A stretch of DNA of 64,000 nt from Candidatus Multivoradales bacterium (GTDB taxonomy: Bacteria > Acidobacteriota > Thermoanaerobaculia > Multivoradales > J023). Both the position numbers and the translations under genes were made by a program. Where the stretch lies: contig CBDFLE010000006.1 in NCBI GenBank assembly GCA_965248925.1, positions 2,368,001 to 2,432,000 on the forward strand, read 5' to 3'. Positions 60,804 to 64,000 of the stretch are shown here, in pieces (the first letter of the stretch is position 1; every line of letters starts with the position of its first letter). Below the pieces are notes generated by a model that saw nothing but the letters and a program-made list of their open reading frames with translations, made no database searches and was not told where the DNA came from.

Positions 60804-61995
60804 GGGCCACCGCCTGTTTAAGCAGCGGGTCCTCTACCGGCAGCGCCGGCCGGCCCTTGAACTGAGCCACCAACAACCACACCCAGATGCCGCCAATGGC
60901 GGCCGGCGCGGCCAAATCGAGCCAGTGAAAAGCAACTTTCTGATGGCTGAAGTTGGGCGTCACCTGCCAGTAGAAATCGAGCCAACGCATGGCCAACACC
61001 CATATCGCCACCCAGCGCAACCGCTTGGCGTGGGACTTCAGATCCTGCGATAGCAACAGGCCGAAGGGCAGTGCGAAATGCCCCACCACCAACAGCACTG
61101 AAATCAACTTCCAGCCATTGGCGTTGCGATCGATGTACCAGGTGATCTCCTCCGGCAAGTTGCCGGACCAGATAATCAGGTACTGCGACACCACGAAGTA
61201 GGCCCACAGCATGATGAAGGCGAGCATCAGCTTGCCGTAATCGTGAAAGAGCTTCGGCTTGACCAATTGGTCAAAGGGCTTGCCGCGGCGCAGGAAAAGC
61301 ATGAACAAGACAATGAAACAGAGGCCCGACAAGCCTTGACCAGCGACGAAGGAAATGCCGAAGAGGCTCGAGAACCAATGGGGGTCCAGGGACATCACCC
61401 AGTCCACCGAAGCCAGGGTGGAGGTCAGCATCCACAGCACCAAGCCGGCCGCGCTGAGTTTCTTCAGCCGCAGCCGAATTGCCTCGCTCGGCGCACTGTC
61501 TTGCCGCCGTGACAGGCTCGAGACAAGAAAAGCCAAGCCGCTCCAAATGGCGAAGAAGACCACCATCCGCACGGTGAAAGCGGTGGGATTCAGATAGCTC
61601 GCCTTATGCTGGATCAGGGGGTCATTCGCCGCTTCCGGGGTGGCCCAGGGAAAGAGTTCCTCCAACCCCAGCAGCAGGGGAATCGAAGCGATCAAGAAGA
61701 ACGGCAAGGTGCGTCCCGCGGCTTCCGTGACCCGGCGCATCATCACTCCCCACAGACCACCGGACACATGATTCAACATACCGAGCATGAAAAGGCCGGC
61801 AGCAACCCCGAACCACAGCAGCCAGCCCGTCAAGTAGGCGTGGTAGAAGTGCTCCGGCGCCAGAAAATAGCCCGCCGCAAGAGCTGCCGTGCCGACAGCG
61901 CCAACACCCAGGGCTCGGGCCTGCAGGCCGGTCAACTGAGCCTGGGGCTCGAAGATCGCTTGCTCGATCGTCAGGGTCTTCGCCTGATCACTCAT
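60796..61995 (-). CDS. actF: alternative complex III subunit ActF
   Basis: 10-TM protein, DWVMSLDPHWFSSLFG, HDYGKL..WAY..SQYLIIWSGNLPEE. Confidence 0.85.
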   Translation of the reverse strand: MSDQAKTLTIEQAIFEPQAQLTGLQARALGVGAVGTAALAAGYFLAPEHFYHAYLTGWLLWFGVAAGLFMLGMLNHVSGGLWGVMMRRVTEAAGRTLPFFLIASIPLLLGLEELFPWATPEAANDPLIQHKASYLNPTAFTVRMVVFFAIWSGLAFLVSSLSRRQDSAPSEAIRLRLKKLSAAGLVLWMLTSTLASVDWVMSLDPHWFSSLFGISFVAGQGLSGLCFIVLFMLFLRRGKPFDQLVKPKLFHDYGKLMLAFIMLWAYFVVSQYLIIWSGNLPEEITWYIDRNANGWKLISVLLVVGHFALPFGLLLSQDLKSHAKRLRWVAIWVLAMRWLDFYWQVTPNFSHQKVAFHWLDLAAPAAIGGIWVWLLVAQFKGRPALPVEDPLLKQAVARG

Positions 61996-62674
61996 GGTGA
62001 TCTCCCGCGGCGTCTGCATGCCCGTCGTCTCCTACTTCAGCCGCAGCAGCTTGCTGCTGCAAAGCGTCTTGGAAGTCTTGCTGCAAATGGCTCGGCAAGT
62101 CGGCCAACACCACGCTCTGACTCAATTGCAAAGCTTGAATGTAGGCCGCGACCGCCCAGCGATCCGCCACCGGCAACTGGCGGCGATAGCCCGACATGAC
62201 GCCGAATCCATTGCTAATCACGTCGTAGTAATAGCCCACCGGCATCTGCCGTAACCGCTCCTCGTGCATCGAGGAGGGCTGCTTGAAGCCGCGCCGCACG
62301 ATCATGCCGCGGCCACGGCCGGTGCTGTCGTGGCAGACGCCGCAGTAGATCTCAAAGCGACCGCGACCCCGTAACAGCAACTCACGAGTGAGCGGCAGCG
62401 GCAGCTCGGTGAGCAGTTCGCCAGCATCGTCTTTGCCGAGATACAGCCGGCGGTCAGCACGCAAGTGGCCACGCGCCACCGTGCCGGCGGGAATCGGCCG
62501 CGATGCCATGCCGTTGGCGAACAGCTCGCTGGCTTCGAAGGGCTCCAGCTTGGGTTGATCCTGCATGTCTTGCCGGCAGCCAGCCAGCAGCAGAACCAGC
62601 CAAGGCAACCCGGCCAGCGCCCATTTGCAGAGCCCGGACTTGGCGGCGGATTGTGCTCTACCAATCAACGTCAT
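61988..62674 (-). CDS. actE: alternative complex III monoheme cytochrome c lipoprotein ActE
   Basis: Lipobox LAGC-RQDM, CGVCH, DRWAVAAYI. Confidence 0.87.
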   Translation of the reverse strand: MTLIGRAQSAAKSGLCKWALAGLPWLVLLLAGCRQDMQDQPKLEPFEASELFANGMASRPIPAGTVARGHLRADRRLYLGKDDAGELLTELPLPLTRELLLRGRGRFEIYCGVCHDSTGRGRGMIVRRGFKQPSSMHEERLRQMPVGYYYDVISNGFGVMSGYRRQLPVADRWAVAAYIQALQLSQSVVLADLPSHLQQDFQDALQQQAAAAEVGDDGHADAAGDHHE

Positions 62675-63209
62675 GCACCTCGCTGGCACCGAGCTGCTCA
62701 AGGAAGTCGCAGGTCGACTCACTATCGAAACGCGAGTCTGCGGCCTCGATGAGCAGGAAGTAGGCATCCTGGGTGGCGCGCTCGAAGCGATCCACGTTGA
62801 ACACCGGGTGATAGGGCTGCGGCAGATTGTTGAGGGTGAACATGCCGATCACCGCGGCAAAGGCGGCGAACAGAATGGTGGTCTCAAGAGTCATTGGAAC
62901 AAAGGCTGGCCAGCTGAAGTAGGGCCGGCCACCCACATTGAGTGGATAGGCCACCACCGATACCCAGGTCTGCAACCCAAAGCCAAAGACCGCGCCAACG
63001 ATGCCGCCGAGCAAGACAAAGAGTGAAACCTTCGACTTCCTATGCCGCGCCACCAGATGGCAGACCTCCTCGATCGGATAAGGAGTGAAGGCGTCGAGAC
63101 GCTCGTATCCCACTTCCTGCGCTCGCTCGACCGCTCTTAGTAGCTGTCGCGGACCCGGCAGCTCGGCCAAGAGACCGTAGGTCGGCGTCGGATATTCGTC
63201 GTGCGCCAT
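62658..63209 (-). CDS. actD: alternative complex III subunit ActD (DUF3341)
   Basis: DAFTPYPI, YPLNVGGRP, WPAFVP..E.TILFAA. Confidence 0.88.
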   Translation of the reverse strand: MAHDEYPTPTYGLLAELPGPRQLLRAVERAQEVGYERLDAFTPYPIEEVCHLVARHRKSKVSLFVLLGGIVGAVFGFGLQTWVSVVAYPLNVGGRPYFSWPAFVPMTLETTILFAAFAAVIGMFTLNNLPQPYHPVFNVDRFERATQDAYFLLIEAADSRFDSESTCDFLEQLGASEVHDVDW

Positions 63210-63212
63210 CGC

Positions 63213-64000
63213 TCAGCTCTCCTCGTGCCGGCCCGGACCCACCTCGGCCTCGGGCAGCATCATCTTCATCTCAGACATGGCGATCATCGGCACGAAACGG
63301 ACAAAAAGGAACATCAAACTGAGGAAGAAGCCAATGGTACCGAGGTACAGCGCCCAATCCCAGAAAGTGCCGGAATAATAGTCCCATGAGGACGGCAAGA
63401 AGTCGCGAGACAGGCTCAGCACGCAAATCACCAAGCGCTCCAGCCACATGCCGACACTGATGATCGCCGAAATCACCCACAGCCAGACGGTCGAGGTTCG
63501 CACCTTCTTGAACCACAAGACCTGCACCGCCAGGAAGTTGCAGAAGATCAACGCCATCCACTGCACCCGATAAGGCCCAAAGGGACGATTCTCGGCAATG
63601 GCGAAGATCTCGTAGGGGTTGCCGCTATACCAGGCGAAGAAGAACTCCATCACGTAGCCGTAGGCGACGATCAGACCGGTCACCAACATCAACTTGGCCA
63701 TGTTCTGCAAATGGCGAGAGGTGATGAAATCTTCCAGCTTGAGGGCCTTGCGGATCGGGATGATCAGCAGCAGCACCATGGCGAAACCGGCGAACACCGC
63801 GCCGGCGACAAAATAAGGCGGAAAAATCGTCGCGTGCCCAGATCCGGCACCAGGCCGACGAACCAAAACATCAGCGACACCGTGCCATAGGTACTGATCG
63901 CGAACACATCCCAGATCAGCGGGCTGCGAAAGTTGGGCCAGATGTTCAGTATGGCCCGGCGCCAGGACGGCCCGGTCGAGATCGACCTCGGCCACCGGGG
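63213..64000 (-). pseudogene. actC: alternative complex III NrfD-type subunit ActC with internal deletions
   Basis: [18 protein letters not shown] fragment lies out of frame between two deletion junctions (~63950, ~63838); [13 protein letters not shown] and GMWLER retained. Confidence 0.85.

Overview
GC-rich bacterial chromosomal window. The gene complement (HTH-TPR proteins, ACIII-caa3 cluster, DUF1501/DUF1800, alpha-2-macroglobulin) suggests Acidobacteriota/Thermoanaerobaculia, but that is inference. The housekeeping backbone holds a partial glgP, an M23 peptidase, an antiporter, a USP, HtrA, a double-kinase protein, an amino-acid dehydrogenase, yceH, a two-permease RND operon, an HD-GYP regulator, an M14 peptidase, HrpB and A2M. 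Four accessory patches interrupt it. (1) An ORF6N islet at ~0.9-2.4 kb. (2) An island at ~13.0-16.9 kb bounded by a duplicated yceH 3' end, carrying a truncated AraC-TPR gene, a secreted YD-repeat protein and a Gly/Ser-linker HExxH protein, with three copies of a short palindromic repeat, two of them at gene breakpoints. (3) A small-peptide/TPR/XRE locus at ~35-36.7 kb. (4) An XRE-TPR pseudogene with a MITE-like insertion, two PCD-fold genes, and a secreted RHS gene invaded by a group II intron whose EBS1 pairs with Tyr-Asp codons, followed by an IS3 relic and an orphan RHS fragment (46-55.5 kb). The right end is a decaying alternative complex III + caa3 oxidase operon with nonsense codons and internal deletions. 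No rRNA, tRNA or CRISPR array was seen.
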